A stretch of DNA of 64,000 nucleotides, taken from NCBI RefSeq assembly GCF_006345805.1, contig NC_043026.1, positions 4,960,001-5,024,000 of the forward strand. Direction: 5' to 3'. Under the pieces are notes generated by a model. It did not search any database. It was not told where the DNA came from and saw nothing but the letters and a program-made list of their open reading frames with translations. Made by a program: the position numbers and the translations under genes. This stretch comes from Octopus sinensis. Its lineage: Eukaryota. Shown here one piece after another: positions 24,025 through 36,529 of the stretch (position 1 is the first letter of the stretch; every line of letters begins with the position of its first letter).

Positions 24025-27000
24025 ATGGAGAAGATTAATGAAGAAAACAAAATGTTGGCTCTCATTCCTGCCACAGTCTGTGATGCAACAGCAATTTATA
24101 AGGAAACTACACCAATTCTTACCCAAATATTACATACACAAAACACAAAGAAAACAGAAGAACAGGAAAGAAAAGACACAAAGAAATCTAAAGAACAGGA
24201 AAAGTCCATGCTACCAAGTTTCCTTCATATTGTGACATGTTACCGAACACTAATCAAAACAGACCACATCAATACGTTTATAGATTATGTAAAGGATAAA
24301 TGTAATCACATGGACTCTCTGGGTTTAAATGGATCTCGAATTCTACGTAATATCAAATGTAAATGCCAAGATTTCTGGAATTGCAAAACAAAATAATGAT
24401 TTTGTTCACCAAAACCTTGATTGGTTTCAACAAAGACTCTTTGACATTTATGTCACCTGTAACCCATACAACCACAAGACCATTGAACCACCAAAAGTAA
24501 CCACAAAATTTCGTCCTCTTCGGCCAGTTGTGACCAGAGAAGTAGAGATTGAAGAATCTGGTGAAGACTTAAGCAAACCAATATCCAATATTGTTGTCAT
24601 ACAAGGGGTGGTTGTATGTAACATATTCCCGCCACTTTATGACAATATGTTGTATAACAAGAGACGGCAACAGAAATGAAGTTCATTGCTCATCTTCTGT
24701 CACTGATTTTACCAGAATCAGTGAAGACACAGTCCTCGCCACCCTGCCCTTCCGAAAAATGGTTCTTATTATCAACCCTTTAAGTTTGAGAATCAAAAGA
24801 ATTCAGCTAGGATTAATGTTGGTTTCTTATTTGGAACATTCTACGCTTATAGGTGTAGAAATGTTTGGTCGGACCATATACGTCATTGACTGGGAAGAGA
24901 ATAGAATAAAATACGAATTCATAACGAAAGAAACCCCTTCAGATATTGCTGTAGGAGCACAAAATAAACTCTTAGTATCCTTTTCCAATATTAACAGGGT
25001 TACCTGTTACAATGTGGATGGCCAGCAGTTATTTGAGGTGGATACCAATTCCCTGGACATTCCAAGCCACATCTCTGTGTACCAAAACCATTTTTATGTC
25101 CTCCAGGGACATATTATTTATCGGATTTCAGGTACAGGTGCTGTGACAACAAGAGAAATTGGCATGAAATGCCGCCATATTTCTGTTGGCAAAGAAAACA
25201 TTTTTGTAACCGATTATTTTGATGTCCTTCATATCATTGGAACAAATGAAGACTTTTGGCCCAGGCAGTCATATAACTCCCAGCTATGGACCCCAACATT
25301 GAACAACTATATTTATATTGAGGATTGCTACAACATTACAAATATTCTACCTATGTCTACATCTTCTATATTAATATTCTACAGGAATAATAAAGCTATA
25401 TTATTCACTGAGACTGGAGAAATAATTAACCAAAATAATTCAACTTTCCCTGAGATTCCTTCTTGCTTTTGTAGAATGAATTCTAAAGGATTTCTGGTGT
25501 TTTACCATGAAAACAAAGAATTTCAGTGTATCACATACCCTGGGCTAATGAAAGGCCCTTTAATGAAAGTCCATACTGATTACATTAAACTATGTCATGT
25601 TGTATCAAATAAGTGTCTAGCTGTGACCACCACTGAAAACAAAAGCGAGGTCCATATCCTATTGATCAACAAAGATAAAGTTGACATTGCAGAAAGAATT
25701 TCTCTGGGACATCATAATGTCAGCATTGCTGCAACTCCAATTAATTTTGTAGTCGTAGATGGAAACGAAAATAAAATGGTATTTTATTCCACATGTGGTG
25801 AAGAACTTTTTCAAAAAAACCTTCCATTCTATGGCCACCCTCATCACATCTACTCTGATAATGTTTATTTCTATGTCCTCTTCAGGAGACACTCTATTCT
25901 CAGATGTTACGATCTATATGGACAAATGAAATGGCAGTGGGAACTGCCTTTCCCTGTTCACCCTCACATTGCTGTTTCCAAGGAACTCTTTATGTCCCGG
26001 ACTCTCAACTCAACAGGGTTCTTTTTACAAGTATCAAGACCGGTCGTCTGGCTGTCTTTTACCCATTAAAAATCCTTACATCAGAAATCTAAATCTACGA
26101 CTCAAAGAAAAGGAGAATGACCAAAAACTTGTCATTGGCGAAATATGTAATCTGTCCAATGGACAGTTGGTGGTGTCTGACATCAACCATGATTGCTTGT
26201 TGTACATTTCTGAGGAAGGAGACATTGTGTCCAGATTATCTCTGCCGTCTACAGCCACAGATATATGTCGATGGGATTCTAATCATATAGGGGTCACATT
26301 ACCCCTACAGAAACAATTAAGGGTCATCGGAAACCTATCAAAGACAGTGAGAAGTGTAAAATTAAGGCAGCCTTATGTACAGGTGTGTAAGATGGGTGAA
26401 TGTGAAATTGTTTGTTATTGTGATAAACCATCACATTTAGATATTTTAGCCATCAATAATTATAATCAAGTCGAAGTAATTAAGACAATTAATATCCCTG
26501 TGTTTGTGAAATCATTATCAATAGACAAGAAAACAGAAAAGCTATTAATTGTTACTAGGGGAAAAGCTTTTCAGTACAACACTAGAATAGGTGGTGGTGG
26601 TCATGGCAGTGCACGTCGTCAGAGTGGTGGAAGTGATGGTAGTATTAGTAGTGGTGATGGTAGTATTAGTAGTGGTGATGGTAGTATTAGTAGTAGTGAT
26701 GGTAGTATTAGTAGTAGTGATGGTATGGTTTCCAGTGATTCAGAGTCCGAAACAGAAGCTTTCTTCAAGGACATTAGTGGTGGTGGTCATGGCAGTCGTC
26801 AGATGGTCCCCAGTGTTTTAATGTCCCAAGTGAAACGTCCCCTCAGTCTCCAAGGTGGATCTATTGACCAAACGTCTGTTTATCTGATAGACAGAAGCCG
26901 TATGTTTGCCATAAACGATCAGAATTTGTTGGTTAATGATCTCGTTACTAATAATCAACTTAATTATTATATCGACCTGGTGGATGTATTTTCCAGACAC

Positions 27001-29616
27001 ATTTCTCTCAGTGAAATGTTGTCTTCCACTTTATATCTACAGGACCTGACAGTTTCTGATAAAGCCAGACATATTCCTCTCCCTAAACATTTGGGAGACA
27101 AAGAACCAGCGAGGATTGATTCTTTGGTTCTTACTGAAAATAATCTGATTGCAGGATGTGACTGGGAGAATGGAAACATTAAGATATTCACATTGGATGG
27201 TCACCTATTGGATTCAATCAAAGTGAATGTTTATAGTAATATTAAAATGTGTCGATGGCAGTCAAACACACTGGTCATTACGAATTGGGATCGTTATCAT
27301 AATAAATACCAACTGTTGACATTAAAAGGGGAATTTCCATTGTCGTTGGTAATTTACAAAACGAGAAATAAATATCAATGTGTGGCTTCTTTATCAAACA
27401 ATCAACTGGTTTTGAGTGAAAAGGGAGATGGAAGACATTTGCATTTTGTTGATATTGATGAAATACATTCGAGTGTGAAGGAAATAAAAAAAATAGACAT
27501 ACCTGAATCATTAATATTGAGAGAAGATGGACATTATTCTGATAGAATCCAGGATATTAAAGTTACTGATGAAGATGTCATCATTGTCTTAAACTGGAGA
27601 TTCATCATTTTCTTCAACAGTGGTGGTCAATATTTACATTCAGTCAGACACTACATGACAGTTTATCTTGGTGGTGATGTTGATGACAGGATGACAATTG
27701 ATGACAGTTTTTTGTACATTTATGGTTATTGGGAGAAATGTTTTAGTTCATCTGAATATCGAAACATTTTGTGTTTGACCCAGAATGGGGAATACAAGAG
27801 AATATTTTTAAATAAAAGAATTTATAAAGATGAAGTAGATTTCTCCAGTATAGACTGTAAAGGACCAAGGTTTGTTGGAAGCTTTGGGAAATGGGGAAGA
27901 GAGAATGAATTGTATGTTGAAGGGTTGTTTATGGTGAATCGAGACAGCTTCCCGGTTGCTCGTTTACAAACAGACAAATGTCCTGTTCAAGTAAAAGATT
28001 TTGATGTCTCTGAGGAAGGAAAGACAGTTGTGTGTGAAAAAGCCAATAATGGAAATGTTAAAATATTCGATGAAGACGGCCAGTTGCTATGTCACAGAAA
28101 TGTTGCAAGTTTAGTTGGTGGTGTGTGTTTTACACAAGAATCACACATAATGGCCACGGTTCCTAAAAGGAAAGAAATATTACAACTGAATGGAGAAGAT
28201 TTGCAGACATATCAAGTTTGGTCGAGTCTCATCCCTTATGGTGTAATATGGAGAAAAGTGGCGGGTATTTACTGGTGTGTACATAATGAATTGATTGAAT
28301 GTCATTGCATAAAGATTGATGGGAACCAAGTGAACATTCTGGAAACTGTGTCGTCATTAAATCTTGATTCTGGTCTTCGTTTCCCTTCCATTACATCTGA
28401 AACAAACAAGGAAATATTCAGTAATGAATTCATTAATAAATTGGAATACAGAGGAGGAGATGGAGATGGAGGAGGAAGAGGTAAATCAGGTGAAATAATT
28501 GGTAAAGGTAGATTAAAGGTGAGATGTGGTAATTATATAGCGGAGATTAATAATTCAGGAATTGATGAAATATCAGTGAGGAGACTTCCATATAGGACAG
28601 CAATGGTCCCTTTTTCCATTCCTGCATTCGTGGAACCTGTTAATTATGATATGAGGGACATTAGGGACCAGAACAGTAAACTAATTAAGTTAGATGAGAA
28701 TGTGAGTGTGTTTATGTTTCGAGAAAGTGTCACATTAATCAGAACAACAACAACAACAGTGGACATACTTCAACATGAACAACAACAACGACCAGCACTG
28801 GACATATGTCGGTGGACAGAGGAATGTTTCATTGTCGCCTTTGGGAGAGAAATGAGGGTCTTCAACAGGGATCTCCGTCGTTTAAAAACCATCAGAACTG
28901 AGAAATACTACAACAGGATTTATAAATACAACGACAATCAACTCGTGTGTGGTGGTCATTATATTAGAGACATAACTCAAGAAGAGAGAGACAAGAAATA
29001 CCAAAGAAGATGGGAGAACAACAAGTATTACTATTATTGCAAAGACCCCGACATCTTTGACCCTTATTATGTGGATGTGGTTGATATCAAAGATGGGAAA
29101 TGTAAAGATGAAGTGTGTCGTGGGAAGATGGGGAGAAAGGGAAGGTTGGAGGGAGATGAAGGTGTGGTGGATGGTGTGGGTGTCACATCTTTTGGTGATG
29201 TTTTTGTTGTGAGGAGGGAGAAGATGGAGGAGAAGGGGTCTGGATGGAGGGATGTTTTTTGTTTTGTGGAATGGTTCAGGGAAAAGTCTTTGGTGAGGAA
29301 GATAAGAATAGGAGAAAGAATGTTTGTTGGTCTGAGATATTTTTATATTGCAAGACCTCGTCTGACCATAACTGGTGAATGTGTTTATATAACAGATTCA
29401 AGAAACAATATTTACGAAATACCTGGACATATTGAAGAGGAAACATCTGAAGATGATGAAATCCTGGAATTAGAAGATAATCCAAAATATTTACTCCTCA
29501 GAAATGATGATAATGAAGTCTTTGAAGTTCTTGGTTTGGATGTTTCAGACAATTTGATGGTTTTTGGAATTATTCCTGGACCTCAATCTTTTGCTTTCTT
29601 TTATTTTGACAAATAA
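24025..29616 (+). CDS. Large intron-free coding block for a ~1860-aa protein: short N-terminal helical/charged region plus six tandem NHL-like/beta-propeller modules; four frameshifts in this assembly
   Basis: ORFs 24025-24396, 24329-24679, 24591-26069, 25904-26092 and 25969-29616 join with zero net shift. A recurring module start (I/V-x2-[IL]-x-[VLM]...D/E...G...[DT/M]-[IFM]C-R-W) occurs at ~24581, 25335, 26134, 27115, 27991 and 28672. Possible splice acceptor TTTTATTTCAG at 23908. The stop TAA overlaps AATAAA (29612-29617). The fold call comes from motif pattern only. Confidence 0.8.
26593..26796 (+). repeat. In-frame Ser/Gly insert: four 21-bp DGSISS(G/S) repeats between two GGGHGS copies
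   Basis: GATGGTAGTATTAGTAGT(G/A)GT x4 at 26635-26718; GGTGGTGGTCATGGCAGT at 26593 and 26779. Confidence 0.9.
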
Positions 29617-29799
29617 ATATTTCCAGAAATATTAAACTTCAATCTTCTTCTTCTTGTTGTTGTTGTTGTAAATGGCTTCGCCCGGGAATCGAACCTGCAT
29701 CGCATACATTGCATTCTACACACTAACACTTATCGTTGTAACATTCCTCAACACTCTCTCTTTGTGTGTATATATTTATATACAGTATATGTACATGTG

Positions 29800-32572
29800 T
29801 TTATATATATATACACACATATTTAGGAATGTATGTATAGAAATAAGGCTATAAGTATGTATGTTTGTGTGTGTATATATATATATATATATACGCATGC
29901 ATGTATGTATAGGAATGTCCGGTCCGAAAGCAGAGACTTTCATAATCATTGATTCTCCATTAAAAGGCAGACGACCACTGCCGCTGCCGCCGCCGTCGTC
30001 GTCTTCGTGCTCGTCGTCGTGGTCGTCGTCATCATCATCATCATCATCATCATCGTCATCATCATCGTCATCATCACCATCGTCGTCGTCATCAGCGTGT
30101 GTGCAGTCTGCATCTGACAGTTTTTAACGTTTAATAAGAATAGATTGTTGTTGTTGTTGTTGCAGTGACATTCCAACTGCACACACGCACAAACATTGCC
30201 TTTCGTCCTCGTAGGTTTGTTGTTGTTGTTGTTGCTGTTGGGGGTTCATAAAAAAGAGAAGGACACTTTAAGAAGCATTCAGTAAAAGCTTTCCCATAGC
30301 TGGTCATTTTTCACGCTTGAAATAGAAACCACTTTACTTTTCATATAAAATTTGAAGGACAGATAAGAAGCATTCATAAATAAAATTTGCCTGTATATGG
30401 TCTCATTTCATGCTAGAAAGAGCCACAAAAACCTTCACATTTTTGTCTCATCACAAATAAAAATCCAAGGACAATTTACAAAGCATCCATGTCAAATATT
30501 GTCCTATAGATGGCCTAACAGTATGCTAGAAATAACAGCCAAATACTCTGAAATTTGTATCGTTTTTCATAAAAAAAGTGAAGGACACTTTAAGAAGCAA
30601 CTCTAAAGATATTGTCCTGCGGCGGTTTAAGTGTAAAATATTATAAAAGTATGCATCTATGAGTTTTATGTGTTTAAAAAACATAGCAAAGACATGTGTG
30701 TATATGTAGGTATATACATGTGTATAAAGGTATTTTTGTATAAAAATGGTATTTTTGAATGAAATTTGGTAGAAATAACTTTCAAACGATGCAGATTACG
30801 ATTAAAAAGAAATTTGTTGGCAAAATGTTTTGTAAGGGTTCGAGGGAAAAAGTGTGTGATTTAAGGGAGATTTGGCTGTTGTTTCTAGCATACCACCCTC
30901 CTTGTCTTCTTTTTTTTTTTCATTTTTTCCCTCAGAAACACATTTATGTAACAAAAAAATAAAAAGAATATTTTTAAAATCTCTGATTATTTTTAGCCCC
31001 ACTTCCTGGCCCCTGATTCTTTCTCTTATATAATTGTAAAATATTGGAGAGCCTGAGAAGATTCTTGCTGGGATTTATCCACAGGGATTTAAATAAGAGC
31101 TTTGTAAAAGAGGATTTCTTTTGAGAGCATCCTTCTCTGTTAGAAAATGAAAGTGGAAGTTTCATTAAAAATATCCATTTTCCTGGAAGTTCTGAGGAAA
31201 CAAAGTCGATGGGGTGTTCATCTGTAGTTATGCCACAGGATGTATATATATATATATATCTTTATATACATATATATAAAGACCCCCTTCGGTCATGAAT
31301 GACCATGGGATTGCACCTAGAAAGTTACCCTCCTAGACACAAGTCCGGGCAAGGTTTATGGAAGGCCAGCAGTCGCCCATGCATACCAGCCTCCCCTCTC
31401 CACGCCACCAGTGTTATCCAAGGGAAAGACAAAGGTCGATACAGCTGGGCACCAGTGACGTCGCAACTCATTTCTACAGCTGAGTGAACTGGAGCAACGT
31501 GAAATAAAGTGCCTTGCTCAAGAACATAACACGCAGCCCGGTCCGGGATTCGAGCTCACAACCTCACGATCGTAAGCTCGACGCTCTAACCACTGATATA
31601 TATATAACTGTAGAAATGTAGGTGTGTATATATATATTATATGTATGTGTGTTTGTGTATACATTTATTCATGTATATGTACAAGTTTAAAAAAGAAATA
31701 TCAAAAGATGTTGGAATATTTGAGGTATTGGATAATTTCCGACTCTATTGTATAGGATTGCCGATACATTTATATAGGAATATAAATATACATCATAATT
31801 ATACCCACAGGAAAGCAGAATATTATACATACATACATATTCATATATAAACTCAGATATATATATACACCTACAGATATATATACATATAATTATACAT
31901 TATTATACGTAGACTTCTTGCCCACACATAGAAAAGACGACAGGTAAATCCATTTGTGACCATCCATACTTAAGGGTATCTGGTGATATTTCGGGTCTGG
32001 TATCATACAAACCGCCCAGTCTGGAGTCTCTCTATAACTTCTGCCGCTTCCCGTTCAATTGTTTCTATCTGTTGCCTAGCAACGCTAATTTGAATGACAA
32101 AAAACGTGGAGAAAAAGGCGGGAAATTTAGACAAAACTTTGTCTAAATTATTTATTTAAAATCAAAGAGACATTGTCAGTATTTTTATGAATTAAATAAT
32201 GTTAAATGACATTAAAGGTCTCACAATTAAATCATTAATTAGGAATTATAATTAATTTGGACGTGAAAAAGAAAGGAAAATTTCGATATGTATTTATGTA
32301 TGTACATAAGCAGGTAAATATTTATATATGTAAGTGTGTATGAATATTTACATACGTCTATAGAGAGAGAAAGGGGGAGAGAGAGGGTGGAGTATTACAC
32401 ATGTATACACATAAGACGAATGATGTCTGGGGTGTGTATCGGTGTGTCTGTGTGTGTGTATACACGCCTGTTTATGTTTGGGCGTGTGTGTGTATTTATG
32501 TGTGGTGTTGTGTGTGTGTGTGTGTATCCGGGAACGTCACTTTCTGCCTCTCTCTCTATATCTGGCTGTCTC

Positions 32573-32613
<41 letters not shown>

Positions 32614-32715
32614 ATATCTATATATATATATATATATGTCTGTTTGACTCTCTCCCCTATCTATCTAGCCATCTCTCTCTCTATCTATCTATCTATCTAT
32701 CTATATATCTATATA
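29800..32715 (+). repeat. ~2.9 kb tandem duplication, unit 1
   Basis: Identical ORF-track entries recur at offsets of 2916-2921 bp (29861/32777, 30397/33316, 31299/34220). Confidence 0.95.
32071..32125. promoter_or_regulatory. RFX X-box (GTTGCCTAGCAAC) plus E2F-type GGCGGGAAA in a CpG-containing island; copies at 34991-35045 and inverted at 63382-63435
   Basis: Match to the palindromic X-box consensus GTNRCC-N0-3-RGYAAC. The E2F-type motif is intact, and the X-box partly retained, in the diverged third copy. Function not shown. Confidence 0.4.
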
Positions 32716-35452
32716 TATATATATATATACACACATATTTAGGAATGTATGTATAGAAATAAGGCTATAAGTATGTATGTTTGTGTGTGTATATATATAT
32801 ATATATATACGCATGCATGTATGTATAGGAATGTCCGGTCCGAAAGCAGAGACTTTCATAATCATTGATTCTCCATTAAAAGGCAGACGACCACTGCCGC
32901 TGCCGCCGCCGTCGTCGTCTTCGTGCTCGTCGTCGTGGTCGTCGTCATCATCATCATCATCATCATCATCGTCATCATCATCGTCATCATCACCATCGTC
33001 GTCGTCATCAGCGTGTGTGCAGTCTGCATCTGACAGTTTTTAACGTTTAATAAGAATAGATTGTTGTTGTTGTTGTTGTTGCAGTGACATTCCAACTGCA
33101 CACACGCACAAACATTGCCTTTCGTCCTCGTAGGTTTGTTGTTGTTGTTGTTGCTGTTGGGGGTTCATAAAAAAGAGAAGGACACTTTAAGAAGCATTCA
33201 GTAAAAGCTTTCCCATAGCTGGTCATTTTTCACGCTTGAAATAGAAACCACTTTACTTTTCATATAAAATTTGAAGGACAGATAAGAAGCATTCATAAAT
33301 AAAATTTGCCTGTATATGGTCTCATTTCATGCTAGAAAGAGCCACAAAAACCTTCACATTTTTGTCTCATCACAAATAAAAATCCAAGGACAATTTACAA
33401 AGCATCCATGTCAAATATTGTCCTATAGATGGCCTAACAGTATGCTAGAAATAACAGCCAAATACTCTGAAATTTGTATCGTTTTTCATAAAAAAAGTGA
33501 AGGACACTTTAAGAAGCAACTCTAAAGATATTGTCCTGCGGCGGTTTAAGTGTAAAATATTATAAAAGTATGCATCTATGAGTTTTATGTGTTTAAAAAA
33601 CATAGCAAAGACATGTGTGTATATGTAGGTATATACATGTGTATAAAGGTATTTTTGTATAAAAATGGGTATTTTTGAATGAAATTTGGTAGAAATAACT
33701 TTCAAACGATGCAGATTACGATTAAAAAGAAATTTGTTGGCAAAATGTTTTGTAAGGGTTCGAGGGAAAAAGTGTGTGATTTAAGGGAGATTTGGCTGTT
33801 GTTTCTAGCATACCACCCTCCTTGTCTTCTTTTTTTTTTTCATTTTTTCCCTCAGAAACACATTTATGTAACAAAAAAATAAAAAGAATATTTTTAAAAT
33901 CTCTGATTATTTTTAGCCCCACTTCCTGGCCCCTGATTCTTTCTCTTTATATAATTGTAAAATATTGGAGAGCCTGAGAAGATTCTTGCTGGGATTTATC
34001 CACAGGGATTTAAATAAGAGCTTTGTAAAAGAGGATTTCTTTTGAGAGCATCCTTCTCTGTTAGAAAATGAAAGTGGAAGTTTCATTAAAAATATCCATT
34101 TTCCTGGAAGTTCTGAGGAAACAAAGTCGATGGGGTGTTCATCTGTAGTTATGCCACAGGATGTATATATATATATATATCTTTATATACATATATATAA
34201 AGACCCCCTTCGGTCATGAATGACCATGGGATTGCACCTAGAAAGTTACCCTCCTAGACACAAGTCCGGGCAAGGTTTATGGAAGGCCAGCAGTCGCCCA
34301 TGCATACCAGCCTCCCCTCTCCACGCCACCAGTGTTATCCAAGGGAAAGACAAAGGTCGATACAGCTGGGCACCAGTGACGTCGCAACTCATTTCTACAG
34401 CTGAGTGAACTGGAGCAACGTGAAATAAAGTGCCTTGCTCAAGAACATAACACGCAGCCCGGTCCGGGATTCGAGCTCACAACCTCACGATCGTAAGCTC
34501 GACGCTCTAACCACTGATATATATATAACTGTAGAAATGTAGGTGTGTATATATATATATATGTATGTGTGTTTGTGTATACATTTATTCATGTATATGT
34601 ACAAGTTTAAAAAAGAAATATCAAAAGATGTTGGAATATTTGAGGTATTGGATAATTTCCGACTCTATTGTATAGGATTGCCGATACATTTATATAGGAA
34701 TATAAATATACATCATAATTATACCCACAGGAAAGCAGAATATTATACATACATACATATTCATATATAAACTCAGATATATATATACACCTACAGATAT
34801 ATATACATATAATTATACATTATTATACGTAGACTTCTTGCCCACACATAGAAAAGACGACAGGTAAATCCATTTGTGACCATCCATACTTAAGGGTATC
34901 TGGTGATATTTCGGGTCTGGTATCATACAAACCGCCCAGTCTGGAGTCTCTCTATAACTTCTGCCGCTTCCCGTTCAATTGTTTCTATCTGTTGCCTAGC
35001 AACGCTAATTTGAATGACAAAAAACGTGGAGAAAAAGGCGGGAAATTTAGACAAAACTTTGTCTAAATTATTTATTTAAAATCAAAGAGACATTAAAGGT
35101 CTCACAATTAAATCATTAATTAGGAATTATAATTAATTTGGACGTGAAAAAGAAAGGAAAATTTCGATATGTATTTATGTATGTACATAAGCAGGTAAAT
35201 ATTTATATATGTAAGTGTGTATGAATATTTACATACGTCTATAGAGAGAGAAGGGGGAGAGAGAGGGTGGAGTATTACACATGTATACACATAAGACGAA
35301 TGATGTCTGGGGTGTGTATCGGTGTGTCTGTGTGTGTGTATACACGCCTGTTTATGTTTGGGCGTGTGTGTGTATTTATGTGTGGTGTTGTGTGTGTGTG
35401 TGTGTATCCGGGAACGTCACTTTCTGCCTCTCTCTCTATATCTGGCTGTCTC

Positions 35453-35509
<57 letters not shown>

Positions 35510-35613
35510 ATATCTATATATATATATATATATATATGTCTGTTTGACTCTCTCCCCTATCTATCTAGCCATCTCTCTCTCTATCTGTCTATCTTTTTAT
35601 GTATATATCTATT

Positions 35614-35640
<27 letters not shown>
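32716..35640 (+). repeat. ~2.9 kb tandem duplication, unit 2, followed by further ~120-bp sub-repeats to ~35900
   Basis: Near-identical to unit 1, except for microsatellite lengths and a 39-bp deletion between GACATT direct repeats at ~35095. Confidence 0.95.
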
Positions 35641-35653
<13 letters not shown>

Positions 35654-35726
35654 TGTTTGACTCTCTCCCCTATCTATCTAGCCATCTCTCTCTCTATCTG
35701 TCTATCTTTTTATGTATATATCTATT

Positions 35727-35779
<53 letters not shown>

Positions 35780-35874
35780 TATATATATCTATATATATAT
35801 ATCTATATATATATGTCTGTTTGACTCTCTCCCCTATCTATCTAGCCATCTCTCTCTCTATCTGTCTCTCTTTT

Positions 35875-35929
<55 letters not shown>

Positions 35930-36320
35930 TTTTACTCTTTTACTTGTTTCAGTCATTTGGCTGCGGCCAAGCTGGAGCACCGCCTTTAATCGAGCAACTC
36001 GATCCCGGGACCTTTTCTTTTGTAAGCCTAGTACTTATTCTATCGGTCTGTTTTGCCGAACCGCTAAGTAACGGGGACGTAAACATCGGTTGTCAAGCAA
36101 TGCTAGGGGGACAAACACAGACACACACACACACACTCATATATATATATAAATATATACGACGGGCTTCTTTCAGTTTCCATCAAACAAATCCACTCAA
36201 AGGGCTTTGGTCGGCCCAAGGCAATAGTAGAAGACACTTGCCCAAGATTCCACGCAGTGGGCTGTACCCGGAACCATGTGGTTGGTAAACAAACTACTTA
36301 CCACACAGCCACTCCTGCAC

Positions 36321-36414
<94 letters not shown>

Positions 36415-36529
36415 GTCTGTATTTAACTCTCTCACTTTGTCTTTATCTACAACAACCACCACTCTGTACCAGTGTCTGGGGTTTGGTTGTTTATAGAAGT
36501 GGTATGTTTAACAAGGAGTGTTTCAGCCT

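Noticed and set aside
29672-29740. Minus-strand GGTTCGATTCCCGGGCGAAGCCA, tRNA T-arm-like
   Set aside because: No D arm, anticodon arm or acceptor pairing; probably a SINE head remnant.
31915-32150. ~75-codon open frame in the X-box island with an apparent synonymous excess between copies
   Set aside because: Only about 10 differences (5 third-position); not significant, no start codon, and the frame shifts at the 3' end.
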